Source: a bacterium (GTDB lineage: Bacteria > Patescibacteriota > Dojkabacteria > SC72). From it: a DNA stretch of 64,000 nt. Both the position numbers and the translations under genes were made by a program. Location of the stretch: assembly GCA_021108295.1 (NCBI GenBank), contig JAIORF010000005.1, positions 136,531 to 200,530 on the forward strand. The letters run 5' to 3'. Within the stretch, counting starts at the first letter, position 1, and the number at the start of each line of letters is the position of its first letter. This document shows, one piece after another, positions 1 to 8,773 of this stretch. The notes below the pieces were generated by a model. It was not told the DNA's origin. It saw only the letters and a list, made by a program, of their open reading frames with translations, and ran no database searches.

Positions 1-218
1 CAGTACCAAATGATTCAAGAAAACCATGGGATCCATCAGGAGTGAGAATAGGGACCGCTGCAATTACGAGTAGAGGGATGAAAGAGAAAGAAATGGAAAA
101 AATAGCTCAATACATTGATACAGTATTAAGAAATAGTAATAACGAAGATTTAATTAAAAAGATTAAACTAGAAGTTAAAAACTTCACGAAGAACTTTCTA
201 ATTCCAGGTATAAATTAA
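1..218 (+). CDS. glyA: Serine hydroxymethyltransferase, 3' end only (the 5' end lies outside the window). Frame 3 translates to ...SGVRIGTAAITSRGMKEKEMEKIAQYIDTVL...*
   Basis: The C-terminal motif 'G(V/I)RIGT(P/A)A(I)T(T/S)RG(F/M)KE.EM' is characteristic of SHMT. Stop is TAA at 216-218. Confidence 0.7.
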   Translation, partial: VPNDSRKPWDPSGVRIGTAAITSRGMKEKEMEKIAQYIDTVLRNSNNEDLIKKIKLEVKNFTKNFLIPGIN

Positions 219-228
219 GAACATACCT

Positions 229-1569
229 ATGAAATTAATACAAAGAAAAGATCTTCATATCGAAGACATAAGAACTGATGAATATTGGAATAGACTTCGA
301 ATATTCTCAATCCTAGGTAAAGAAGATTACGAATCCAAACTCAGAACACACTACATCATTAGACAATCTCTCTACACTAAAACAACTGTTTTAAATATCT
401 GTAAAGGATGTAAAATAAATGACTGGAAAGAATTACCACTGGATGATCTATATGAGGTAAGTAACAGAACATATATTGTGGACAATATCCCAATATATAC
501 ATTCCTTAAACTCTCTTCAATATACTCTGACATATTTCTCAAACTAAGAGATTGGAAATATCTCAATAGGGATAGCTCATACTTCGTCAGAATACCTACA
601 GAAGTTTGTGAGCACATGGAGATTAGGAAGGAGTATGAAAATATTCAATTAGAAAGTATAAGAAACTACTGGTCAGTAGCTAAAAGAAAAGGCAGTGATT
701 ACAAAGAACTAGCCCTCTCTCTACTACCACTTGGTATACAACACAGAGCAGTTCTCTCTACAACCCTAAACTCCAATATTGAATTAACTAATTCCCTTCT
801 TTGTAGTGATATGGTTCTAGATAATCAATTAGGAGACATGTTTGAAAACTTGCTCAAAACTGATATGGAAGTAACTCCAGACTGTACAAAAAGACTGACT
901 ACAAAAAAGATATTAGAATATTTAAAGGATTGTGTATCTGAAAATCAATCATTCGATTTTGATAACTCAGAGCTTTTTAAGTTTGAATATATCACCGATA
1001 TGGTAGAACAAGTATTTACAAACTTTGAAATGCTAATTAATCCATTAGGTAGTAAAGATGAACTGGAATTCGATTACGAGGATCAACTCTCTATCGGAAA
1101 GATAATTAAGAAAGGAGATATAGGTCACCTTGGATTCCAGAAGGGTAGTGCTCTATCCGGTTTTCTACCACTTACTGATATCTTTGAGATATTAGTCAAT
1201 AATTACACAATATACATACCACTCCTCTCTGACTTCATAAATATTGATAAAGAGTTAGAAAGGAAGGATTCTCAATGCTACCTACTACCAGAATCTATAA
1301 AGAAATACCCAGAATTAAAGAAAGACATGAATAAAGACCTTATGGATACCTATACAAATATTAAAAGTTGGAGAAAGAAATCAAAAGAACATATGTCTGA
1401 TGAAATGTCCAAAGAGTTTACAAGATATTTACTTCCACTTAGCCATATGACTAAATTTAATATGTATTTAGATATAAAAGACATCTTTAATTTAAAGAAT
1501 TCAAATTTAAACTACAGTGAGCAATGGAACAAACTCTTTTTTCAAAAAGATCCTCTGTTTAAGAAATAG
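229..1569 (+). CDS. Hypothetical 446-aa protein with no recognisable family. There is a very faint ThyX-like pattern around 'LLPLGIQHRAVLSTTLNS'.
   Basis: Long intact ORF immediately upstream of dcd, with no TM segments. No confident motif assignment. Confidence 0.4.
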   Translation: MKLIQRKDLHIEDIRTDEYWNRLRIFSILGKEDYESKLRTHYIIRQSLYTKTTVLNICKGCKINDWKELPLDDLYEVSNRTYIVDNIPIYTFLKLSSIYSDIFLKLRDWKYLNRDSSYFVRIPTEVCEHMEIRKEYENIQLESIRNYWSVAKRKGSDYKELALSLLPLGIQHRAVLSTTLNSNIELTNSLLCSDMVLDNQLGDMFENLLKTDMEVTPDCTKRLTTKKILEYLKDCVSENQSFDFDNSELFKFEYITDMVEQVFTNFEMLINPLGSKDELEFDYEDQLSIGKIIKKGDIGHLGFQKGSALSGFLPLTDIFEILVNNYTIYIPLLSDFINIDKELERKDSQCYLLPESIKKYPELKKDMNKDLMDTYTNIKSWRKKSKEHMSDEMSKEFTRYLLPLSHMTKFNMYLDIKDIFNLKNSNLNYSEQWNKLFFQKDPLFKK

Positions 1570-1615
1570 TTTGAAGATGATATGATAGTTCTAGATTAAA
1601 TTAATACACCTAACT

Positions 1616-2188
1616 ATGATTCTAAGTGATAAAGGTATAAAAGAAGCTCTTAAAGCAGGAGATATAATAATAGAGCCATTCAATGAAGAAAATCTGCAAC
1701 CAGCATCTTACGATCTTCGTCTAGATAAGAATGTTCTTGTTTTTGACAAGAACAACATCTCACTAATTGATCTCAAGAAAAAGAATCCAAATATGATGAA
1801 GAGTATAACAATTCCAGATACTGGATATATCATTCATCCCGGAGAATTCATACTATCAAATCTTGTGGAAATAACTGGTGTAAATGATAGCTATGTAGGT
1901 AGATTGGAAGGTAAAAGTTCTCTTGCGAGACTTGGACTAATCATACATACAACCTCAGGATTCCTTGATCCAGGGAACTCTCTAAGAATGACACTAGAAA
2001 TTGCAAATCTCTCTCCTTTACCTATCAAACTCTATGCAGGTATGAAAATAGGACAGATGGCATTTGAGAAACTAGATCAACCATGTGAACGAACATATGG
2101 TAGTAAAGGCTTAAACAGTAAATATGTAGGGAATATGACTGTACAGGGAAGTAAAATGTATGAGAATTTCGATAAGGATGAAAAATAG
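1616..2188 (+). CDS. dcd: dCTP deaminase (dUTPase-fold)
   Basis: N-terminus 'ILSDKGIKEAL..G.I.IEPF.E..LQPASYDLRL' and 'IHTTSGFLDPGN...TLEI.N' match the Dcd family. 190 aa. Confidence 0.8.
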   Translation: MILSDKGIKEALKAGDIIIEPFNEENLQPASYDLRLDKNVLVFDKNNISLIDLKKKNPNMMKSITIPDTGYIIHPGEFILSNLVEITGVNDSYVGRLEGKSSLARLGLIIHTTSGFLDPGNSLRMTLEIANLSPLPIKLYAGMKIGQMAFEKLDQPCERTYGSKGLNSKYVGNMTVQGSKMYENFDKDEK

Positions 2189-3452
2189 TATTAAAAAACA
2201 ATTTCCAATACTAAACCAAAAGATAAATGGTAAACCAATCACATACTTAGACAGTGCAGCTACTACTCAGAAGCCACAGTGTGTAATAGATTGTATAGAT
2301 GAATATTACACACAATATAATTCTAACATCCATAGAAGTTCCCATATCCTATCTTCAAGAGCTACAGAGAAATGGGAAGAAGCACACAATATTGTTGCTA
2401 ATTTCTTAAATGCTAAATCACATGAAGAGGTAATATTTACTAGAAATTGTACAGAAGGAATTAATCTCTTTGTCAATACATACGCTAAAGAGAATTTGGG
2501 GAAAGAAGACATAGTAGTACTAAGTGAAATGGAACATCATAGTAATATAGTCCCTTGGTTAATGTTACAAAAAGAAATAGGTTTCAACATTAAATATATT
2601 CCAGTTACTGATAACTACCAATTAGATTTGAAATGGCTGAAGTCCCTTATAGATAGAGAAAGAAACAAAATAAAGATTGTGTCTGTAATCCATATATCCA
2701 ATGTACTGGGTACAATCAATGATGTGAAAGAAATTACTAAACTGGCACATGGAGTGGGTGCTACTGTACTTATAGACGCAGCTCAAAGTGTAGCCAGATT
2801 ACCAATAGATGTACAAGACTTAGACTGTGACGCATTGGTATTCTCTGGACACAAAATATATGGACCAACAGGAAGTGGGTGTATATATATTAAAAAAGAG
2901 ATACTAAAAAAACTACCACCATATATGGGCGGAGGAGAAATGATTAGAGAAGTTAGCAAAGAATCTTTTACTCTAAACAATCTCCCATGGAGATTTGAAG
3001 CTGGCACTCCTGATATAGCAGGTGGTATAGCATTAGCAAGAGCAATAACATGGTTTAGTGAAACAGTAAAGAATATGGGGGGATTCGATGTTTTAATTAA
3101 TCATGAGAAAGAGCTAGTAGAAAGATTCATATCCCAATTTGAAGGTATAGAGTGGTTTAAACTATTTGGAAGTACAGAAAGAGTAGGAGCTATTACTTTC
3201 AACCTAGAAGGCTTCTCATTCGCAGGATGTAAAGAATCTACAGAAGATAGCAATATCCAAGGAAAAGATATCTTGGAATTTATCTCTTCACAAGGTATAT
3301 GTATTAGAGACGGCTTCCATTGTGCACAACCACTACATGATAAATTTAAGATAGGTCCTACAATGAGAGTAAGTTTAGGAATATACACAGAACAGGTGGA
3401 TATAGATAGAGTTGTACAAATAATTAAACAAGGGGTGCTAAGAACCATCTAA
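2178..3452 (+). CDS. sufS: Cysteine desulfurase, class V aminotransferase (SufS/CsdA-like)
   Basis: 'FPILNQKINGKPITYLDSAATTQKP', PLP-lysine region 'SGHKIYGPTGSGCIYIKKE'. The ORF track starts at 2160 and overlaps the dcd stop; the in-frame ATG at 2178 (MKNSIKKQFPIL) fits the SufS N-terminus. Confidence 0.8.
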   Translation: MKNSIKKQFPILNQKINGKPITYLDSAATTQKPQCVIDCIDEYYTQYNSNIHRSSHILSSRATEKWEEAHNIVANFLNAKSHEEVIFTRNCTEGINLFVNTYAKENLGKEDIVVLSEMEHHSNIVPWLMLQKEIGFNIKYIPVTDNYQLDLKWLKSLIDRERNKIKIVSVIHISNVLGTINDVKEITKLAHGVGATVLIDAAQSVARLPIDVQDLDCDALVFSGHKIYGPTGSGCIYIKKEILKKLPPYMGGGEMIREVSKESFTLNNLPWRFEAGTPDIAGGIALARAITWFSETVKNMGGFDVLINHEKELVERFISQFEGIEWFKLFGSTERVGAITFNLEGFSFAGCKESTEDSNIQGKDILEFISSQGICIRDGFHCAQPLHDKFKIGPTMRVSLGIYTEQVDIDRVVQIIKQGVLRTI

Positions 3453-3454
3453 TT

Positions 3455-4654
3455 GTGCTATCATCTCATATGGACAATGCCCCAAATCCAATACAAAGTG
3501 TGCAGGATGATTTTCTAGTAGAGATAAAAGATCTCCAAAGAAAGATTGATAATGTTAATTTACCACAAGATTTTAGAGAAGATATTCTCAGAGCAATATC
3601 TAGACTTGCTCGTATGGCTAAATATGGGAATTATAGTACAGAATTTGAAACCATAGATAAGTATGTAGATTGGATAACAAGAATACCTTGGGGAAAACTG
3701 TCTATAGACAACTACGATATTGAAAATGCCAAAAAGGAAATGGATTCTACTCACTATGGAATGAACACTATCAAGAACATCATTCTTGACTATCTTGCAG
3801 TAATGCAATTACAAAACAAAGGAATAGCTACTAGTGTGGCAGAGCCTGTGAATTTAGGTCAGAAGGAATTTCCCAACTCTTACAATGTCCCAGCGGTAGC
3901 AGATCATAGAGTAGGTTTAGTAACCAAATCACCTGTACTCCTATTTGTTGGTCTTCAAGGTGTAGGAAAGACATCTATTGCAAAAACAATTGCAATCGCT
4001 ATGGGTAGAAAGTTTGCAAGAATTTCTCTTGGAGCGATAGGGGATGTAAAAACACTCAGAGGTGTACCAAGGTACTCAGAGGGTGCTGAACCCGGACAGA
4101 TTATAAAAGCATTGGTAAGAACAGGTAGTATGAACCCAGTAATATTGCTTGATGAGATAGAAAAGTCTAGTGGACAGCAAAATGTTCTCAACGATGTTAT
4201 GGCTGCTTTATTAGAGATACTAGATCCAGAGCAAAACAAAACATTTGTTGATCATTATGTAGACTATCCTGTAGACCTTTCTAATGTATTCTTTATATGT
4301 ACCGCGAATAATTTAGGGGGTCTTTCTGCTGCACTGCTAGATCGTGTAGAGGTAATTCGTTTCTCTAGTTACTCTGATGAAGAGAAGGGGGTAATTGCAA
4401 GAAATTACATATTGCCGAAGATTCTTAAAGAGACTGGATTAAGTGAACAACATTTACAAATACAAGACAATGTATGGCCATTATTGATAAGGCCTGTAGG
4501 ATTTGATGCAGGTATTAGACAACTAGAAAGAAATATAAATACTTTGGTGAGGACGGTAGCAAGAAAGTTAGTAACAGGATCTCCTATTCCAGTCATTATC
4601 TCTGCTGAAAACCTGAGAGATTTTGTATTGCCAGATCAGGGGCCATTGAGTTAA
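3455..4654 (+). CDS. Lon-family AAA+ ATPase module lacking the N-terminal substrate domain and the C-terminal S16 protease domain
   Basis: Strong match to the Lon ATPase region: 'IPWGK...D...AK..MD..HYGM...K..ILDYLAVMQL', Walker A 'GLQGVGKTSIAKTIAIAMGRKFARISLG...D...LRG', Walker B 'ILLDEIEK', 'LLEILDPEQNKTFVDHY', 'ICTANNL', 'LLDRVEVIRFSSYSDEEK'. The protein ends (…PDQGPLS*) exactly where the protease domain would begin. Confidence 0.7.
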   Translation: MLSSHMDNAPNPIQSVQDDFLVEIKDLQRKIDNVNLPQDFREDILRAISRLARMAKYGNYSTEFETIDKYVDWITRIPWGKLSIDNYDIENAKKEMDSTHYGMNTIKNIILDYLAVMQLQNKGIATSVAEPVNLGQKEFPNSYNVPAVADHRVGLVTKSPVLLFVGLQGVGKTSIAKTIAIAMGRKFARISLGAIGDVKTLRGVPRYSEGAEPGQIIKALVRTGSMNPVILLDEIEKSSGQQNVLNDVMAALLEILDPEQNKTFVDHYVDYPVDLSNVFFICTANNLGGLSAALLDRVEVIRFSSYSDEEKGVIARNYILPKILKETGLSEQHLQIQDNVWPLLIRPVGFDAGIRQLERNINTLVRTVARKLVTGSPIPVIISAENLRDFVLPDQGPLS

Positions 4655-4902
4655 ACTCCTTTGAAGGGATTCATTATACTAAGAGCTCCCATAGCTCTTG
4701 TTGCTTCACTATCCTTCTTCCCGAAGGTTATATCTCTACGTTTCTTTGATCGTGCCTCTGCCTTCTTGAGTGCACCTAAGTCTTTGCCTCGCTGATTTTT
4801 AGATAGGTTTGTAACATCACATTTCTTTGTAACTAAATAGATACTTTCGTTTATAGCAGACTTTGTATTATCCGTCATTATTATTATTGTTAGAATAATC
4901 AA
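4651..4902 (-). CDS. Small hypothetical ORF (83 aa) downstream of and overlapping the VirB4 stop. It may be spurious.
   Basis: ORF only. Hydrophobic N-terminus and basic middle. No homology recognised. Confidence 0.2.
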   Translation of the reverse strand: MIILTIIIMTDNTKSAINESIYLVTKKCDVTNLSKNQRGKDLGALKKAEARSKKRRDITFGKKDSEATRAMGALSIMNPFKGV

Positions 4903-7264
4903 CTACTCCTTGGGGAGTTATATGTTGTCTCCCTTGTTGTAAATCTCTACGACTTCTTACTACCTGACCTGGAAGGGTATTTTCTTCGAGAGTGGTAGTG
5001 AAAGATTTCTCATGAGCATACTTAGCAGGGTTTAATTCTCTCTCCTTCTCTTCTAGTTTTCTACGAACTTCTTCTTCGTAATCCTTCCGTTCTCCCTCGA
5101 TTTGTACTTTGTCATCCTTCCTTCTCTGAGCAGCTCTTGCAATCATAGATTTCTGCTTAGTAATACTGGTACCATCCCTCATTGGTTGTTGAGCAGATGG
5201 TGGAGCAAATACTTTTGCCAATTCTTCAATGGTTCGTGTATCCTTAATCCCTTGTGCTTCTTTCTTTGCCATTTCTTCTAAATCTCTAGGATCAGATGTA
5301 ATTAGCTCGTGTTCTGCTTGGCTTGAGAGTACCTGTATTCCTACATGATTTGAACCAGCAAAGAACAATCCCTGCCCTCTATCGCAATTTAGTAAGAAGT
5401 TTCTCTCACCATCAGAGAGATTAAATACAGCTTGCAGGGTTTCTACTGCAGAGGGACTTTGTTTCATTAGCATTTGTATAGAGGAGTTGGAGATGATGGC
5501 TTTACCCATGTCGTTTTTCATAAAGTCAGCTACATCTTGGGTGATAGTGGTTAGGCCTAGGTAGTATTTTCTTGCCCGTTTTGCCATGGAGTACATAAAT
5601 TTGGCGGAGTCTTCACTTTCCATCATGTACCAAGCTTCATCTACGATTAACAATCGTTGTTTTCTTACTTTTCTAATTCTAGTCCATATAAAGTCTAGCA
5701 TTAGATACATAGCCAATGGTTTTAATTCTTCTTGGAGATCCCTTACACTAAATACTGTGAATGGATTGTTGATTTCAAAGTTACTGGCTTCGTTAAATAT
5801 TCCAGCACCACTTCCTATGATATATTTCTCCATTCGTCTGGCTAAATTGTGAGCTTCATCTTCTGCCATACCTTTCAGTACCTTGTAAAGATCTTCGAGT
5901 AGAGGAGGGTCTTTCTTTTGAGTTCTTGCATCAAATGTAATACCTTTTTCTCTGTAGGTAAGTATGAGTGCCCTATCTAGTATGGAGGATTCGACATTGG
6001 ATAGTCCTTCGAACATGACTTTGAAAAATCCTAGTAGGGAGAGCATCTTCATTCGTAATTCATCGTCATCGTCATCTGCCATGCCTGAGAGTTCAAATGG
6101 ATTCATCTTATGTCCTTGATCCTGAGAGAAGGATATGTATGAGCCTTCTACAGCTTCGGAAAGATCTTCATACTCACGTTCTGGATCTATGATTATTATC
6201 TCTGTACCCATCATTAAGCTTCTTACAGCTTCTAATTTCACAAAGTAGCTTTTACCTGCTCCAGATTTAGCAAAGACTACGGTATTCGCGTTTTCTAATT
6301 CAAATCTATCAAATACGACCAAACTATTATTATGCAGATTAAGACCATACATGATACCGCGGTTCATGGTTAGTTCAGAGGAGACAAATGGGAAGGTAGT
6401 AGCTAAGGATGTAGTATCCATATTGCGTGTAATATGGATTTTGTCTAAGGCAAGTGGTTGTGTACTGATGAAGCCGGGTTCTTGAAGTAGAGTAGCTGAT
6501 TTAGCTGTCACATTCATTGCAGCGAGTGTAGAGGTGATATTTCTAGAGTACTTCTCCAAGAGCTTTTTGTCAGGAGCGTATATTGTTATATACATTGCAA
6601 AGTGGAAGAACTTTTCGCTTCCCTCAGCTATTGAGTCTTGGAGCTGTTGAGCGTCAGAGAGTTTTACTTTGAGAGATGCGTCAATTACTTTTCGGTCTTC
6701 CATTTGACTGTAGAGGGTGGCTTCCATTTCTCCAATTTTTTTCTTAAGCTTTTCCAGTATTATCCTTGAGTCTACAGGGTAGTAAAAGGTACTGATACGG
6801 AGTGAATGTTCGAAGTTAATGATAGGAGAAAGCCAATTTGGTCCTACAAACCTAGGGTAATCACTGATAAAGAAAGTTTTGAAGTAGTAGTCTCCCATTT
6901 GTAGATGGTTGAAATCTACTTCAAGGTCAATGGGTGCTACAATATCTGTTAGTGATAGTCCAGAGAAATCAGCAGTGGGTCTTCGTTGTGCTTCTACTGA
7001 TGGTTCTATTTCAACCTTTGGTTTTTTGGATGTAGGAACAATCTTGTCTAGCATTTTGAATAGGACATTCTTTTTCGTTTCTTTCTTTACTACAGTATCT
7101 TCAAACCTTTCCTTTTGGATGTTGTTAATTTTTGCTTCTTTTACAACATCAACCTCTTGTTGTACTTGGTTTGTGATATCTTGATATTTAGTTAGAGGGT
7201 CAGTATTCATTTGTTCTGTAACCTTAGAATTAATCTGTTTGTTTTTTAATGTTTTATCTTCCAC
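4868..7264 (-). CDS. virB4: VirB4/TraE/TrsE-family type IV secretion (conjugation) ATPase, main body. Starts at a GTG in the ORF track; an alternative ATG is at 7210.
   Basis: Walker A 'VFAKSGAGKSYFVK', 'IIIDPEREY', Walker B-like 'LLIVDEAWYMM', 'GLTTITQDVADF'. The N-proximal 'SLTDIVAPIDLEVDF..MGDYYFKTFFISDYP' continues the VirB4 N-domain. The first ~100 aa are a K/E/Q-rich low-complexity segment. Confidence 0.8.
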   Translation of the reverse strand: MEDKTLKNKQINSKVTEQMNTDPLTKYQDITNQVQQEVDVVKEAKINNIQKERFEDTVVKKETKKNVLFKMLDKIVPTSKKPKVEIEPSVEAQRRPTADFSGLSLTDIVAPIDLEVDFNHLQMGDYYFKTFFISDYPRFVGPNWLSPIINFEHSLRISTFYYPVDSRIILEKLKKKIGEMEATLYSQMEDRKVIDASLKVKLSDAQQLQDSIAEGSEKFFHFAMYITIYAPDKKLLEKYSRNITSTLAAMNVTAKSATLLQEPGFISTQPLALDKIHITRNMDTTSLATTFPFVSSELTMNRGIMYGLNLHNNSLVVFDRFELENANTVVFAKSGAGKSYFVKLEAVRSLMMGTEIIIIDPEREYEDLSEAVEGSYISFSQDQGHKMNPFELSGMADDDDDELRMKMLSLLGFFKVMFEGLSNVESSILDRALILTYREKGITFDARTQKKDPPLLEDLYKVLKGMAEDEAHNLARRMEKYIIGSGAGIFNEASNFEINNPFTVFSVRDLQEELKPLAMYLMLDFIWTRIRKVRKQRLLIVDEAWYMMESEDSAKFMYSMAKRARKYYLGLTTITQDVADFMKNDMGKAIISNSSIQMLMKQSPSAVETLQAVFNLSDGERNFLLNCDRGQGLFFAGSNHVGIQVLSSQAEHELITSDPRDLEEMAKKEAQGIKDTRTIEELAKVFAPPSAQQPMRDGTSITKQKSMIARAAQRRKDDKVQIEGERKDYEEEVRRKLEEKERELNPAKYAHEKSFTTTLEENTLPGQVVRSRRDLQQGRQHITPQGVVDYSNNNNNDG

Positions 7265-7904
7265 TTCTTCCCTCCTCGTCTGGATTATATGTTGTGTAGA
7301 ACTCTGTTATTAGTTCTTGATTGGTTAATTGGTGTCCCATTAGTCCCATTCTCCCTATTTGTTTAATAATGTGGTCTCGTTTAGGGTAGAGAAATATCTT
7401 TGCTTTTTCAAGTAGGTGTTCTTGCTTTACAGCTTTCTGTGCGGTTTGTTCTTCCTTTGTTTTCTTTGCACTAAAAATATTTGCATCTGGCATAATGGCG
7501 GCTGGGTTGTATGGTACGACGAGGTAGAAGTTTTTATCAAGGACATTGTTTTCTACAATTAAGTTTTGTACAAAGAGGGTGTATATATTAAGCATGTTCT
7601 TTAATCCCTCGGACATATTTGTTTGATCTTGATTTCTAAGATGGTCAATGTAGTTAGAAATATCTACTCTTTGTGTTCTGATGAGGATTTGGATATGGAA
7701 GTTAAGGGAGTTGAGTAATCCTGCAAAAGCATAAATCTTATTGTCTTGTTCATACTCTGCCAAAAGATCAAAGTTTATCGCATTGGTTTGTATGACTAGT
7801 GCTACACTACCACTTTTTGTAATGACCAAGTCATCCACAATGTCTCTTATCTCTAAGTGAGTTTGTGTAGATATGGTTGTTCTTGCTCTGTCTTTTGCCT
7901 TCAT
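7254..7904 (-). CDS. VirB4-family N-terminal domain encoded as a separate 216-aa ORF (a split or frameshifted VirB4)
   Basis: 'LEIRDIVDDLVITKSGSVALVIQTNAINFDLLAEYEQDNKIYAFAGLLNSLNFHIQILIRTQRVD' matches the conserved N-terminus of Gram-positive VirB4 proteins (Tn916 Orf16 / PrgJ type). It overlaps the next ORF by 11 nt in a different frame. Confidence 0.6.
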   Translation of the reverse strand: MKAKDRARTTISTQTHLEIRDIVDDLVITKSGSVALVIQTNAINFDLLAEYEQDNKIYAFAGLLNSLNFHIQILIRTQRVDISNYIDHLRNQDQTNMSEGLKNMLNIYTLFVQNLIVENNVLDKNFYLVVPYNPAAIMPDANIFSAKKTKEEQTAQKAVKQEHLLEKAKIFLYPKRDHIIKQIGRMGLMGHQLTNQELITEFYTTYNPDEEGRSGR

Positions 7905-8722
7905 GTAAGTTTCGCTGTTATTTTAATAGGGTTCTTACTTTGTGTATTTTCTAGTATCCATTGAATGTTTGGAATTATGTATGTATTCTGATCAAATTGT
8001 ATGTAGTAAATACCTTGTGGGAGAATGCGGTTGAGTATAAAGTATCCGTTTTGTCCTGTTCTATTTGCGAATATTACTTTCCCATTTTTATCCTTAAGGT
8101 AGACTGGGATATTTGCTAGACCTCGGTTGTTTGTATCGGTCAACCAGATATTTATATTTCCTGGTAATCGGTCTACACTCTTTATCCCAAATTGGTATTT
8201 AGAAATGTTTTGAGGTCCTATGACAACGGTTTGTTGTAGAGGTTTGGATTGTTGCATTGTTGGTTCTGGTTTGGTACTGATTTTTGGAGTTTGTACTTTG
8301 AGAATATCGTCACCAGGTTTTTCAATGAATATCTTTTTCCCTTTTGTTATTTTCCCTCCTACAATCTTTCCTTTGTTCCCGTCATCTGTTTTAACTATTG
8401 GTTTGACTCTTTGACTTTGCATTTGTTCATTTAACCATACTCTCTGTGTAGGTTTATTTATCGCAGTAAAGAAATTCTTTATAAATTCATCTGCTCCTTG
8501 GTCGTTGATTGGGACTAGTGCAAAGAATGCTCCTATGGATGAGAGGATAAGGAATGATGGCCATGCGAGGAGGGCAGGAAGACCTAATTGTTTGTTTAGG
8601 ACAAGGAAAAGTGAACCGCTTACAACACCTGCTGCAAGGTATGCGAATTCTTTGAGTGTAAACCTAGTAAAGAGTTTAAACTCAACATCTAGTACGTTTT
8701 GTGGTATTGGATGTTGTTTCAT
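7901..8722 (-). CDS. PrgI/VirB3-like two-TM membrane protein fused to a C-terminal carboxypeptidase-regulatory-like beta-sandwich domain
   Basis: 'VEFKLFTRFTLKEFAYLAAGVVSGSLFLVL...LLAWPSFLILSSIGAFFALVPINDQGADEFIKNFF' matches the PrgI-family signature that precedes VirB4 in Gram-positive T4SS. The C-terminus 'IWLTDTNNRGLANIPVYLKDKNGKVIFANRTGQNGYFIL' is CarbopepD_reg-like. Confidence 0.55.
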   Translation of the reverse strand: MKQHPIPQNVLDVEFKLFTRFTLKEFAYLAAGVVSGSLFLVLNKQLGLPALLAWPSFLILSSIGAFFALVPINDQGADEFIKNFFTAINKPTQRVWLNEQMQSQRVKPIVKTDDGNKGKIVGGKITKGKKIFIEKPGDDILKVQTPKISTKPEPTMQQSKPLQQTVVIGPQNISKYQFGIKSVDRLPGNINIWLTDTNNRGLANIPVYLKDKNGKVIFANRTGQNGYFILNRILPQGIYYIQFDQNTYIIPNIQWILENTQSKNPIKITAKLT

Positions 8723-8773
8723 CTTGTTTTTAGTTTACCATAGCATTAAAATTGTTTGAATAACCGATAATAT

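Noticed and set aside
372-617. Many short antisense or overlapping ORFs in the six-frame track. Examples: 372-617, 2306-2512, 2783-3007, 3101-3448, 5586-5852, 6909-7184, 11083-11562, 15014-16030, 28131-29228, 50850-52550, 53559-54441, 55563-55760, 56595-57124, 57486-57989, 58559-58891, 59265-60069, 61046-61849, 62110-62399, 62927-63373, 63491-63994.
   Set aside because: They lie wholly inside, and opposite or out of frame to, strongly supported conserved genes (ribosomal proteins, EF-G, EF-Tu, LepA, VirB4 and so on). They have low-complexity translations. They are shadow ORFs.
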